The notes under the pieces were generated by a model that searched no databases, was not told the DNA's origin, and was given only the letters and a program-made list of their open reading frames with translations. Below, in pieces: positions 8,483 through 15,833 of a stretch of DNA of 33,613 nucleotides; the first letter of the stretch is position 1, and each line of letters opens with the position of its first letter. The stretch comes from a virus. Its lineage: Duplodnaviria; Caudoviricetes. The stretch covers positions 1-33,613 of IMG/VR virus record IMGVR_UViG_3300047560_000512. One strand, given 5' to 3'. The translations under genes were made by a program, and so were the position numbers.

Positions 8483-8931
8483 TGGCTGAAAACAAACTTA
8501 GTAGAGAACTTGGAACCCGTGCCAATCAGGAACGCCCAAAGCAGTGGGTACCACCTGAGCTTTTGCCTGAACCAGATAAGCAGCCCGGTTTCGCGTACAG
8601 ATGGATTCGCGTTTCAACTTTACAAAATGCTGACCCACGTAATCTTTCAGCGAAAATGCGTGAAGGATGGGAGCCAGTAAAGCTTGAAGAGCAACCAAAA
8701 TTTCAGCTGCTAGCCGATCCTAATAGTCGCTTTAAAGACAATATTGAGATTGGCGGACTGTTGTTATGCAAGACCCCAGAGGAGTTTGTAGTACAGCGTA
8801 ATAGCCACTACCAACAACAGGCCGAAGGCCAAATGGAGTCTGTAGACCACAGCTTAATGCGCCAAAGTGACCCACGGATGCCTCTCTTTAATGAGAAAAA
8901 ATCTACGACGACCTTTGGTACTGGAAAATAG
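8482..8931 (+). CDS. phage head-region protein (YRWIR...EGWEPV type)
   Basis: 149 aa, TAATG-coupled to the scaffold gene. Confidence 0.8.
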   Translation: MAENKLSRELGTRANQERPKQWVPPELLPEPDKQPGFAYRWIRVSTLQNADPRNLSAKMREGWEPVKLEEQPKFQLLADPNSRFKDNIEIGGLLLCKTPEEFVVQRNSHYQQQAEGQMESVDHSLMRQSDPRMPLFNEKKSTTTFGTGK

Positions 8932-8954
8932 TAATTTAATTATTTGGAGAAAAC

Positions 8955-9542
8955 ATGGCTTATCCTACAGTAAGCTCTCCATATGGCCTAATCGCTGTCA
9001 ATCGTATCGATGGCATGCCATATGCAGGAGCAATTCGCCAGATCCCAGCTATTACAGGTAACGCCCTGATTTGCTTTGGTGATCCGGTTAGTCTTACCAC
9101 CGCTGGTGGCGTAGACAAAATGTCTGATGGTACTGCTGGTACACCTTGCGGTGTAGCTGTTGGCTGTCAATATGTTAACTCGTTGGGCCAAACAGTTCAG
9201 GCTCAGTCTCTGCCAGCTAGCACATCCGGTGGCATCGTTTATGTTGTTGACGATCCTATGGCACTGTTTAAAGTAGCTGTTTTGAGTTCTGGCACTACAG
9301 TTTCTACTGTTGGTGTAGCTCGTACTGTTGTTGGTTCTAACATGGCTCTAATCATCAATTCTGGTAACACCACTACTGGTGATTCAAGATCAGGTGTTGA
9401 TGTAGGATCGTCAGATACCACACCTACACTGCCTATACGTGTTATTGATGTAGTACCTGCAACCCAGTTGGCTTCTGGCAACTATGTGGAACTGCTGGTT
9501 AAACTCAATACGCACCAGTACAACAACACTACCGGTGTATAA
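8955..9542 (+). CDS. putative capsid decoration/minor capsid protein
   Basis: 195 aa, beta-rich, directly upstream of the MCP, GGAG RBS. Confidence 0.6.
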   Translation: MAYPTVSSPYGLIAVNRIDGMPYAGAIRQIPAITGNALICFGDPVSLTTAGGVDKMSDGTAGTPCGVAVGCQYVNSLGQTVQAQSLPASTSGGIVYVVDDPMALFKVAVLSSGTTVSTVGVARTVVGSNMALIINSGNTTTGDSRSGVDVGSSDTTPTLPIRVIDVVPATQLASGNYVELLVKLNTHQYNNTTGV

Positions 9543-9554
9543 GGAGAATAAATC

Positions 9555-10469
9555 ATGGCAATTTCACGCGCACAACTACTGAAAGAACTCTTACCGGGCT
9601 TGAATGCTCTGTTCGGTATGGAGTATGCAACATATGGTGAACAGCACAAAGAGATCTACGAAACAGAGACCTCCGAGCGTTCGTTCGAAGAAGAAACAAA
9701 GCTGTCTGGCTTCTCAGCTGCCCCTGTTAAAAACGAGGGTAGTGCTATTGCTTATGACAATGGCCAAGAGGCATGGACTGCTCGCTATAACCACGAAACA
9801 ATCGCTTTGGGCTTCAGCTTAACTGAAGAAGCAATCGAAGATAACTTGTATGACTCGTTATCCGCTCGTTATACCAAAGCTTTGGCTCGTGCAATGGCTT
9901 ATACCAAGCAAGTTAAAGCTGCTAGCATTCTGAACAACGGCTTCACAAACTCATCCCAGTACTATGGCGGTGACGGTGTACCTCTGTTCTCTGCTTCGCA
10001 TCCTTTGATTTCTGGTGGTGTAAACAGCAACATTCCATCAACTCCTGCTGACTTGAATGAAACTTCGTTGGAAAACGCAGTTATTCAGATCGCTGCTTGG
10101 ACTGATGAACGTGGTCTGTTGATCGCTGCTAAGCCAAAGAAATTGATTGTTCCACCTGCTCTGCAGTTCGTTGCTACACGTCTGTTAGAAACCAGCCTCC
10201 GTGTTGGTACTGCTGATAACGATATCAACGCTATCAAGAACAATGGTTCAATCCCAGAAGGCTACACTGTCAATAACTTCTTGACAGATACAAATGCTTG
10301 GTTCTTAACAACCGACGTACCTAACGGTATGAAGCACTTTGTTCGTACGCCTCTCTCCAACTCAATGGACGGCGACTTTGATACTGGTAACGTACGTTAC
10401 AAGTCTCGTGAGCGTTATTCGTTTGGTTGGTCTGATCCGCTCGGTATGTACGGTTCAGCAGGCGCTTAA
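9555..10469 (+). CDS. major capsid protein (HK97 fold, Mu gpT-like family)
   Basis: 304 aa with MAISRAQLLKELLPGLNALFG, ITEEAIED-like LTEEAIEDNLY, PKKLIVPPAL and RERYSFGWSD. Strong RBS TAAGGAG and followed by a terminator. Confidence 0.92.
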   Translation: MAISRAQLLKELLPGLNALFGMEYATYGEQHKEIYETETSERSFEEETKLSGFSAAPVKNEGSAIAYDNGQEAWTARYNHETIALGFSLTEEAIEDNLYDSLSARYTKALARAMAYTKQVKAASILNNGFTNSSQYYGGDGVPLFSASHPLISGGVNSNIPSTPADLNETSLENAVIQIAAWTDERGLLIAAKPKKLIVPPALQFVATRLLETSLRVGTADNDINAIKNNGSIPEGYTVNNFLTDTNAWFLTTDVPNGMKHFVRTPLSNSMDGDFDTGNVRYKSRERYSFGWSDPLGMYGSAGA

Positions 10470-10478
10470 TAGTGCTAG

Positions 10479-10505
10479 AAAAGGGGGCATAAAAACCCCC
10501 TTTTT
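10479..10505 (+). terminator. intrinsic terminator (possibly bidirectional)
   Basis: AAAAGGGGG-CATAAAAA-CCCCCTTTTT after the MCP stop. Confidence 0.85.
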
Positions 10506-10515
10506 GTTTATTTTG

Positions 10516-10524
10516 TGGTATAAA
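10516..10524 (+). promoter_or_regulatory. possible extended -10 promoter
   Basis: TG-G-TATAAA about 8 nt upstream of the structured RNA. Confidence 0.45.
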
Positions 10525-10531
10525 GTAGTTA

Positions 10532-10603
10532 TCCCGGGGTTCCCGGTGTATCTGACAGTCCCGGCTGACGACATGCAGACAGATACGCCTAACTTGCATG
10601 TAA
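10532..10603 (+). ncRNA. pseudoknotted structured RNA downstream of MCP (candidate Mu-gpT-DE-like motif)
   Basis: Three interleaved helices: 10534-39/10559-64, 10545-54/10580-89 (10 bp) and 10571-78/10594-601. Ends at RBS AAGGA. Confidence 0.65.
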
Positions 10604-10615
10604 GGACAATTTAAC

Positions 10616-10843
10616 ATGGCAAATACAACCTTCACGGGTCCTGTAATTTCGCAAAATGGATTCGTATTCCCAGCTACAACCGCAGCAGCTTTAGGCTCTG
10701 CCACCAACGCATTCAATACCATAGACAAAACTTTAGGTAAGTCAGTAGTTGATTTAGCTACCGGCATTATTTACACGTCTACAGGTACTTTAGCTGTTTC
10801 CCCTTGGAAGGGTTCTAACTCTTCTACGATTACACCAGCTTAA
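10616..10843 (+). CDS. small putative virion protein (MANTTFTGPV N-terminus)
   Basis: 75 aa with RBS AAGGA. Confidence 0.8.
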   Translation: MANTTFTGPVISQNGFVFPATTAAALGSATNAFNTIDKTLGKSVVDLATGIIYTSTGTLAVSPWKGSNSSTITPA

Positions 10844-10855
10844 TAAGGGGGCATC

Positions 10856-11140
10856 ATGTCGATGCAAACAGACGTAAAAGCTTCGCACGTCGAAGCAACA
10901 GGCACCATGTACTCAGGTCGCACTCGCGTGCGCGGGTATCAATGTCTTTCTGGTGGTACAGCGGGCGATATTATTTTGCGTGATGGGGGTGCTACAGGCA
11001 CGATTCGTCTGCAATTTAACGTCCCAGCTAACACAAACAATCCGTTTGCAAACATTATTCCCGGCGAAGGGATTATTTTTAATACGGATGTACATGTGAC
11101 GTTACCTACTTCAGCAAAGATAACGGTGTTCTATGGCTAA
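10856..11140 (+). CDS. hypothetical beta-rich virion protein
   Basis: 94 aa with RBS AAGGGGG. Confidence 0.8.
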   Translation: MSMQTDVKASHVEATGTMYSGRTRVRGYQCLSGGTAGDIILRDGGATGTIRLQFNVPANTNNPFANIIPGEGIIFNTDVHVTLPTSAKITVFYG

Positions 11141-11378
11141 GTCTCCTGCATGGCAGCGCAAGGAGGGGAAAAACCCCAATGGTGGCTTAAACGCCAAAGG
11201 GAGAGCCTCCGCGAAAGCGCAAGGAATGAACTTAAAAGCTCCCCAGCCGGAAGGCGGAAGTCGGAAAAAGTCATTCTGCGCCCGTATGTCAGGGATGAAA
11301 AAGAAATTAACCTCTGCGAAAACGGCAAATGATCCGAACAGCAGAATTAATAAATCATTGAGAGCTTGGAAATGCTAG
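11133..11378 (+). CDS. small basic protein (GGLNAKGRAS...RKKSFCARM...W-C)
   Basis: 81 aa, Lys/Arg-rich, overlaps the upstream gene. Confidence 0.8.
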   Translation: MAKSPAWQRKEGKNPNGGLNAKGRASAKAQGMNLKAPQPEGGSRKKSFCARMSGMKKKLTSAKTANDPNSRINKSLRAWKC

Positions 11379-11380
11379 CT

Positions 11381-11623
11381 ATGGCTACACCAGAAATTGA
11401 AACCGCTAGGGAGCTTGCTACTCACGCGAGTGATATTAAGCATCTACAAGATGATATGGATTCTATGGTTGCAGATATTGCAGCTATACGTAAGTCCCTT
11501 GAGGAAATAAATACAAAACTTGCTTCCGCCGAAGGTGGATGGAAAGTTTTAATAGCTGTAGGAAGTATTGTTGGTAGTGGTGTTGGGGCAGTTATAGGCT
11601 TCTTTACCGGTAGGGTGCACTAA
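11381..11623 (+). CDS. coiled-coil protein with C-terminal transmembrane segment (XhlA/holin-like architecture)
   Basis: Heptad-like DIKHLQDDMDSMVADIAAIRKSLEEI followed by hydrophobic WKVLIAVGSIVGSGVGAVIGFF. Confidence 0.65.
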   Translation: MATPEIETARELATHASDIKHLQDDMDSMVADIAAIRKSLEEINTKLASAEGGWKVLIAVGSIVGSGVGAVIGFFTGRVH

Positions 11624-11916
11624 TGCCAGCGGTTAGTAAAAAACAGGAAAAGTTTATGCAGGCGGTTGCCCACAACCCTGCGTTTGCAAAAAAGGCGGGG
11701 GTTCCCCAAAGTGTGGGTAAGGAATTTACAAAATCTGGAGGTGGTGAAATGAAAAAGATGTCAAAAGGCGGTCTTGGTACTGCAAGCAAAATGGGTCCAG
11801 TTAAAACCGCAGCTCCTAGCCGTGATGGCGTTGCTGAAAAAGGCAAAACCAAAGGCAAACAAATCAAAATGGGTGGTACTGTACCTGCGTTACGAGGTGC
11901 TGGTCGCGGTAGATAA
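11623..11916 (+). CDS. small basic protein (MPAVSKKQEKFMQAVAHNPAFAKK), contains MSKGG
   Basis: 97 aa, TAATG-coupled. Confidence 0.8.
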   Translation: MPAVSKKQEKFMQAVAHNPAFAKKAGVPQSVGKEFTKSGGGEMKKMSKGGLGTASKMGPVKTAAPSRDGVAEKGKTKGKQIKMGGTVPALRGAGRGR

Positions 11917-11918
11917 AC

Positions 11919-12167
11919 ATGATAGCCTCTCGCGGAATGGGCGATATAGCCGCATCCAAAATGCCCAAAGGTGTTAAGAAAGCACGTAGGGACGATACCG
12001 ACTTTACTCAATATAAAGAAGGCGGTGCGGTGTGGGATAAGCCCAATCCTGCGAAGAAGCATAAGAAGCTAAGTCCTGCTAAGAAGTCAGCAGCAAAAGC
12101 CGCGGCTAAAGCTGCTGGTAGGCCGTATCCTAACTTAGTAGACAATATGAGAATGGCGAGGAAGTGA
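11919..12167 (+). CDS. small basic protein (SRGMGDI...YKEGG...RPYPNLVDNM)
   Basis: 82 aa, Lys/Ala-rich. Confidence 0.8.
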   Translation: MIASRGMGDIAASKMPKGVKKARRDDTDFTQYKEGGAVWDKPNPAKKHKKLSPAKKSAAKAAAKAAGRPYPNLVDNMRMARK

Positions 12168-12343
12168 TGGCTGAAAAATGGATACAAAAAGCTATAAAGA
12201 AACCTGGCGCACTACGGAAAGAGCTGGGCGTGAAGGCAGGCAAGACCATCCCGGCAAAGAAGCTGTCTGCAGCTGCTCGAAAACCAGGTACATTAGGCGC
12301 ACGTGCCAGACTTGCAGAAACGCTAAAAGGTTTCAAAAAATAA
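12167..12343 (+). CDS. small basic protein, 58 aa, not in the ORF track (MAEKWIQKAIKKPGALRKELGVKAGKTIPAKKL...LAETLKGFKK)
   Basis: TGATG coupling, RBS GAGG, exactly fills the gap before 12352. Confidence 0.85.
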   Translation: MAEKWIQKAIKKPGALRKELGVKAGKTIPAKKLSAAARKPGTLGARARLAETLKGFKK

Positions 12344-12351
12344 GGTAGATC

Positions 12352-13095
12352 ATGCCGTACACAACTTCTACAACCAGTTTTAATCCTGATCTCAATGAGT
12401 TGATGGAAGAGGCGTTTGAGCGCTGTGGCGTAGAGCTGCGTACTGGTTATCAGTTCCGTACAGCAAGACGTAGTTTGAACTTCCTTATCACCGAGTGGGC
12501 TAATAGAGGTATTAACCTGTGGACTATTGAGCAGGGGCAGATACCGTTAGTGCAAGGACAATACGTATATGATCTACCTAATGACACCGTGGATTTATTG
12601 GAACATGTTATTCGCACTAATCCCGGACAAATTGGCAGCCAAACTGATATTAACATCAGTCGAATTAGCGTTTCCACGTACTCAACAATCCCAAACAAAA
12701 TAACTCAAGGTCGTCCAATTCAGGTGTGGGTGAACCGCCGTTCTGGACAGACTACAGATTTAGTTGGCGCAACACCACAAGTGCCACAGATTAATATTTG
12801 GCCTTCACCAGATCAAGGCAGTGTTGGTTCCCCATTCTATTATTTTGTGTACTGGCGTTTACGCCGTATTGTTGATGCAGGCACTGGTACAAACGTTGAA
12901 GATATACCATTCCGTTTCCAGAATGCGTTGGTGGCTGGGCTAGCTTATATGCTTGCAGCTAAATTACCAGAAGTTCCACCAGATAGAATTTTGATGTTGA
13001 AAGCCCAGTATGATGAGGCATGGGACTTGGCAGCATCTGAAGATAGAGAAAAAGCACCTGATAGATACGTGCCACGTATGACCTTCTATAGGTGA
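12352..13095 (+). CDS. putative head-tail adaptor / tail tubular protein A-like
   Basis: 247 aa, helical N-terminus (EEAFERCG...ARRSLN...WANRG), GRP and IWPSPD motifs, helical C-terminus. Position in the neck region. Confidence 0.65.
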   Translation: MPYTTSTTSFNPDLNELMEEAFERCGVELRTGYQFRTARRSLNFLITEWANRGINLWTIEQGQIPLVQGQYVYDLPNDTVDLLEHVIRTNPGQIGSQTDINISRISVSTYSTIPNKITQGRPIQVWVNRRSGQTTDLVGATPQVPQINIWPSPDQGSVGSPFYYFVYWRLRRIVDAGTGTNVEDIPFRFQNALVAGLAYMLAAKLPEVPPDRILMLKAQYDEAWDLAASEDREKAPDRYVPRMTFYR

Positions 13096-13098
13096 TGT

Positions 13099-13527
13099 AT
13101 GGCAAGTAAATATTCATCAGGTAAACACTCAATCGCTGAATGCGATAGATGTGGATTTAGGTACAAGTTAAAAGAGTTACGGAAGTTGACGATCAAAACA
13201 AAGAACGTCAACATAAAAGTTTGTCCTACTTGTTGGGAACCAGATCAACCGCAGTTATCATTAGGTTTGTATCCGGTTAATGACCCACAAGCAGTGCGGG
13301 AACCAAGACCAGATGTGAGCTATTACCAATCAGGCTATAGCGGGTTACAGATAACTGGTACTAACGGGCCAAAGCTAGATGAAACTGGGTATCCAGAAGG
13401 TGGTAGCCGAGTATTTCAGTGGGGGTGGCGTCCTGTTGGTGGTGCTAGCTATAGCGATTTTGGGCTTACACCGAATTATTTAACTTCGGTTGGTATTGTA
13501 GGAACCGTGACAATCACGACGACATAG
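13099..13527 (+). CDS. hypothetical protein with CxxC...CxxC putative Zn ribbon
   Basis: CDRCG...CPTCW, followed by [11 protein letters not shown]. Confidence 0.75.
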   Translation: MASKYSSGKHSIAECDRCGFRYKLKELRKLTIKTKNVNIKVCPTCWEPDQPQLSLGLYPVNDPQAVREPRPDVSYYQSGYSGLQITGTNGPKLDETGYPEGGSRVFQWGWRPVGGASYSDFGLTPNYLTSVGIVGTVTITTT

Positions 13528-13537
13528 GAGTAGGAAA

Positions 13538-13777
13538 ATGGCTACGAAAAAAATGAGTATGAAAGAATGGGAAGGTTCTGCTAAAGATAAATCCCAAGAC
13601 AAAAAACTTGCTAAAAAGCATAAGATGTCTTTTGACAAGTGGGAAAAGTCTAAAATGGACGTTAAGCACGACAAACAGCAGTCCATGAAGGGTTTAGCTA
13701 AAGGCGGTAAGACAGACGCACAGATGTTACAGATGGGTCGCGGTCTTGCTAAAGTCGCTAATCAAAAGACAGGCTAA
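13538..13777 (+). CDS. small basic protein (WEGSAKD...LAKGG)
   Basis: 79 aa, internal repeat [25 protein letters not shown]. Confidence 0.8.
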   Translation: MATKKMSMKEWEGSAKDKSQDKKLAKKHKMSFDKWEKSKMDVKHDKQQSMKGLAKGGKTDAQMLQMGRGLAKVANQKTG

Positions 13778-13786
13778 GGAGTAATT

Positions 13787-14014
13787 ATGGCTAAGAACAA
13801 CAAACCAGCTACAGCATACGCCAAGCCACATGCAATGGATGGCGGCCCTGTTAAAGATACGCGAGTTAACCGCAGCAAGTTAGAAACGCTTGATCCATCT
13901 ATCGGTGCATTAAGCAAGTCTGCTGGTAACGAGCCTATTAAAACTACAGGCATCAAGATTCGTGGTACAGGCGCAGCAACTAAAGGTACAATTGCACGAG
14001 GACCAATGGGCTAA
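13787..14014 (+). CDS. small basic protein ending IRGTGAATKGTIARGPMG
   Basis: 75 aa with RBS TAAGGAG. Confidence 0.85.
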   Translation: MAKNNKPATAYAKPHAMDGGPVKDTRVNRSKLETLDPSIGALSKSAGNEPIKTTGIKIRGTGAATKGTIARGPMG

Positions 14015-14017
14015 TAA

Positions 14018-14692
14018 ATGACGTACACCGAACTTACAAATGCGATCATTAACTATACGCAGAACGATGACCCTGCGTTTATAGCCTATATACCTACGTT
14101 TGTTACGCAGGCGGAAGAGCGCGTTTATAACTCGGTGCAAATACCGTCGCTTCGTAAGAACGTGACAGGTTTATTGTCTGCTGGTAATCAGTATTTATCA
14201 TGCCCTGGCGACTTTATGTCCGTATTTTCTATGGCTATTAAAGATGCGCCGACTGGGTATGAGTATTTGCTAAATAAAGACGTTAACTTTTTACGTGCAT
14301 CGTATCCAGACCCAACTGAAACAGGTACGCCAAAGTATTACACGCTGTTTGGCCCAAAGGTAGTTAGCAATACAACGCAAGACTCTTTGAGTTTTATGTT
14401 TGCCCCAACCCCAGATATTGCGTATACAGCGGAGCTACATTATTACGCTTATCCAGAGTCAATAACAGTCGCTGCCGATGGCACTACATGGCTAAGTTTG
14501 AACTATTCACCTGTATTACTTTACGGTTCTCTTGTTGAAGCGTATGTGTTTATGAAGGGTGAGGCAGATATAATGGCGTTCTATAAGGGTAAGTATGATG
14601 AAGCCCTTGCTCAATTGAACCGTCTTGGTACAGGTCTTGAGCGCGGCGATGCTTATCGTGATGGGCAGGCAAAGATTAAGGTTAATCCGTAA
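14018..14692 (+). CDS. putative head-tail adaptor protein (second)
   Basis: 224 aa: MTYTEL...FVTQAEERV, GTPKYY, FAPTPD, LLYGSLVEAYVFMKGE. Same architecture as 12352..13095. Confidence 0.65.
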   Translation: MTYTELTNAIINYTQNDDPAFIAYIPTFVTQAEERVYNSVQIPSLRKNVTGLLSAGNQYLSCPGDFMSVFSMAIKDAPTGYEYLLNKDVNFLRASYPDPTETGTPKYYTLFGPKVVSNTTQDSLSFMFAPTPDIAYTAELHYYAYPESITVAADGTTWLSLNYSPVLLYGSLVEAYVFMKGEADIMAFYKGKYDEALAQLNRLGTGLERGDAYRDGQAKIKVNP

Positions 14693-15117
14693 TGGCTATA
14701 CAACAAGGAATAACTACTAGTTTTAAACAAGAGATGCTCCAAGCGGTGCAGAATCTTGTATCGGATACGTTGTATATGGCACTGTATACTGGGTACGCTA
14801 CTTTGGGGCCTGATACAACCGTGTATACTCCCGAAAATGAAGTGCCTGATGGTAATGGTTATACCGTAGGGGGACAGCAGCTTACCGGTGTGTCTGTTAA
14901 TACGGATTATACAACCGGATTAGTTTATGTTAGCTTCGATAATGTAGTATGGGACCCGGCATCTTTTACAGCGCGTGGGGCCTTGATATATAACTTATCG
15001 CAAAGCGGAAGGTCTGTTGCTGTTTTAGACTTTGGCTCTGATAAAGTTTCAACAAGTACTTTCACTGTAACAATGCCTGTAAACTCACCGACAACTGCTT
15101 TACTTAGATTTACATAG
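14692..15117 (+). CDS. virion structural protein, paralogue of 15333..15806
   Basis: TSFKQEML, ALYT, GYTVGG, GALIYN, AVLDFG. Confidence 0.8.
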   Translation: MAIQQGITTSFKQEMLQAVQNLVSDTLYMALYTGYATLGPDTTVYTPENEVPDGNGYTVGGQQLTGVSVNTDYTTGLVYVSFDNVVWDPASFTARGALIYNLSQSGRSVAVLDFGSDKVSTSTFTVTMPVNSPTTALLRFT

Positions 15118-15125
15118 GAGATCAA

Positions 15126-15320
15126 ATGGCATTAGTAACTACGACAAAAGGCGAGATGGAAGAATCTCTGCTGGAGAAAAAAGAGGGCACGTTGGATAAC
15201 GAAAACTAAACGACTCTTTGGACAGAATACTGGCTGGACGGCGAGCTGGTACATCGCTCAGTGCATATGACGCTGAAAAAATTTACAGTAATTGGCGAGG
15301 CCGTCGCCGCATCTTTTTAA
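15126..15320 (+). pseudogene. 64-codon small gene interrupted by an in-frame TAA at 15207-15209
   Basis: RBS AGGAG. Reads MALVTTTKGEMEESLLEKKEGTLDNEN*TTLWTEYWLDGELVHRSVHMTLKKFTVIGEAVAASF* and ends just before the RBS of 15333. Confidence 0.75.
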
Positions 15321-15332
15321 TAGGACTAAATC

Positions 15333-15806
15333 ATGGCAAACGCTCAAGCAATGTGCACTTCGTTCAAAACCGAGCTTATGCTCGCGCAACATCAATTTGC
15401 TGCAACTACTATCACTTCCCGTACGAGCTTAACTGCACCCGTTGCAGATACATTTAAAGCAGCTCTGTACACAGTTAGTGGTGGTACCTTAGGTGCTGGC
15501 ACAACCGCCTATAACGCAACAGGCGAAGTATCAGGTACTGGTTATACATCAGGTGGTGTGGTTGTTACAAACGGAACTGCTCCAACTGCTACCGGTACTA
15601 CTGCATACTGGACACCGTCAGCTTCTATTACGTATACCAACGTAACACTAACTACCCCATTTGATGCTGTATTAATTTATAATAGCACTCAGTCAAACAA
15701 GGCCGTTAGCTGTCATACATTCGGTTCGCAGACAATTACTGCGGGTACTTTCACACTGGTTATGCCAACCAATGCTGCGGGTACAGCTTTATTGAATATA
15801 GCTTAA
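15333..15806 (+). CDS. virion structural protein, paralogue of 14692..15117
   Basis: TSFKTELM, ALYT, GYTSGG, AVLIYN, HTFG. Confidence 0.85.
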   Translation: MANAQAMCTSFKTELMLAQHQFAATTITSRTSLTAPVADTFKAALYTVSGGTLGAGTTAYNATGEVSGTGYTSGGVVVTNGTAPTATGTTAYWTPSASITYTNVTLTTPFDAVLIYNSTQSNKAVSCHTFGSQTITAGTFTLVMPTNAAGTALLNIA

Positions 15807-15833
15807 CCTAACTAAAAGGCGAACGGAGAAGCC

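Noticed and set aside
10339-10614. Alternative-frame ORF as a frameshifted capsid extension
   Set aside because: No clear slippery sequence, the MCP ends in tandem TAA TAG, and the frame crosses a terminator and the structured RNA.
15207-15209. Alternative genetic code (stop reassignment)
   Set aside because: TAA, TAG and TGA all end genes normally elsewhere in the window. This is a single isolated case.
15218-15457. 79-aa ORF in the track
   Set aside because: Out of frame with both the interrupted gene 15126..15320 and gene 15333, TTG start, no RBS.
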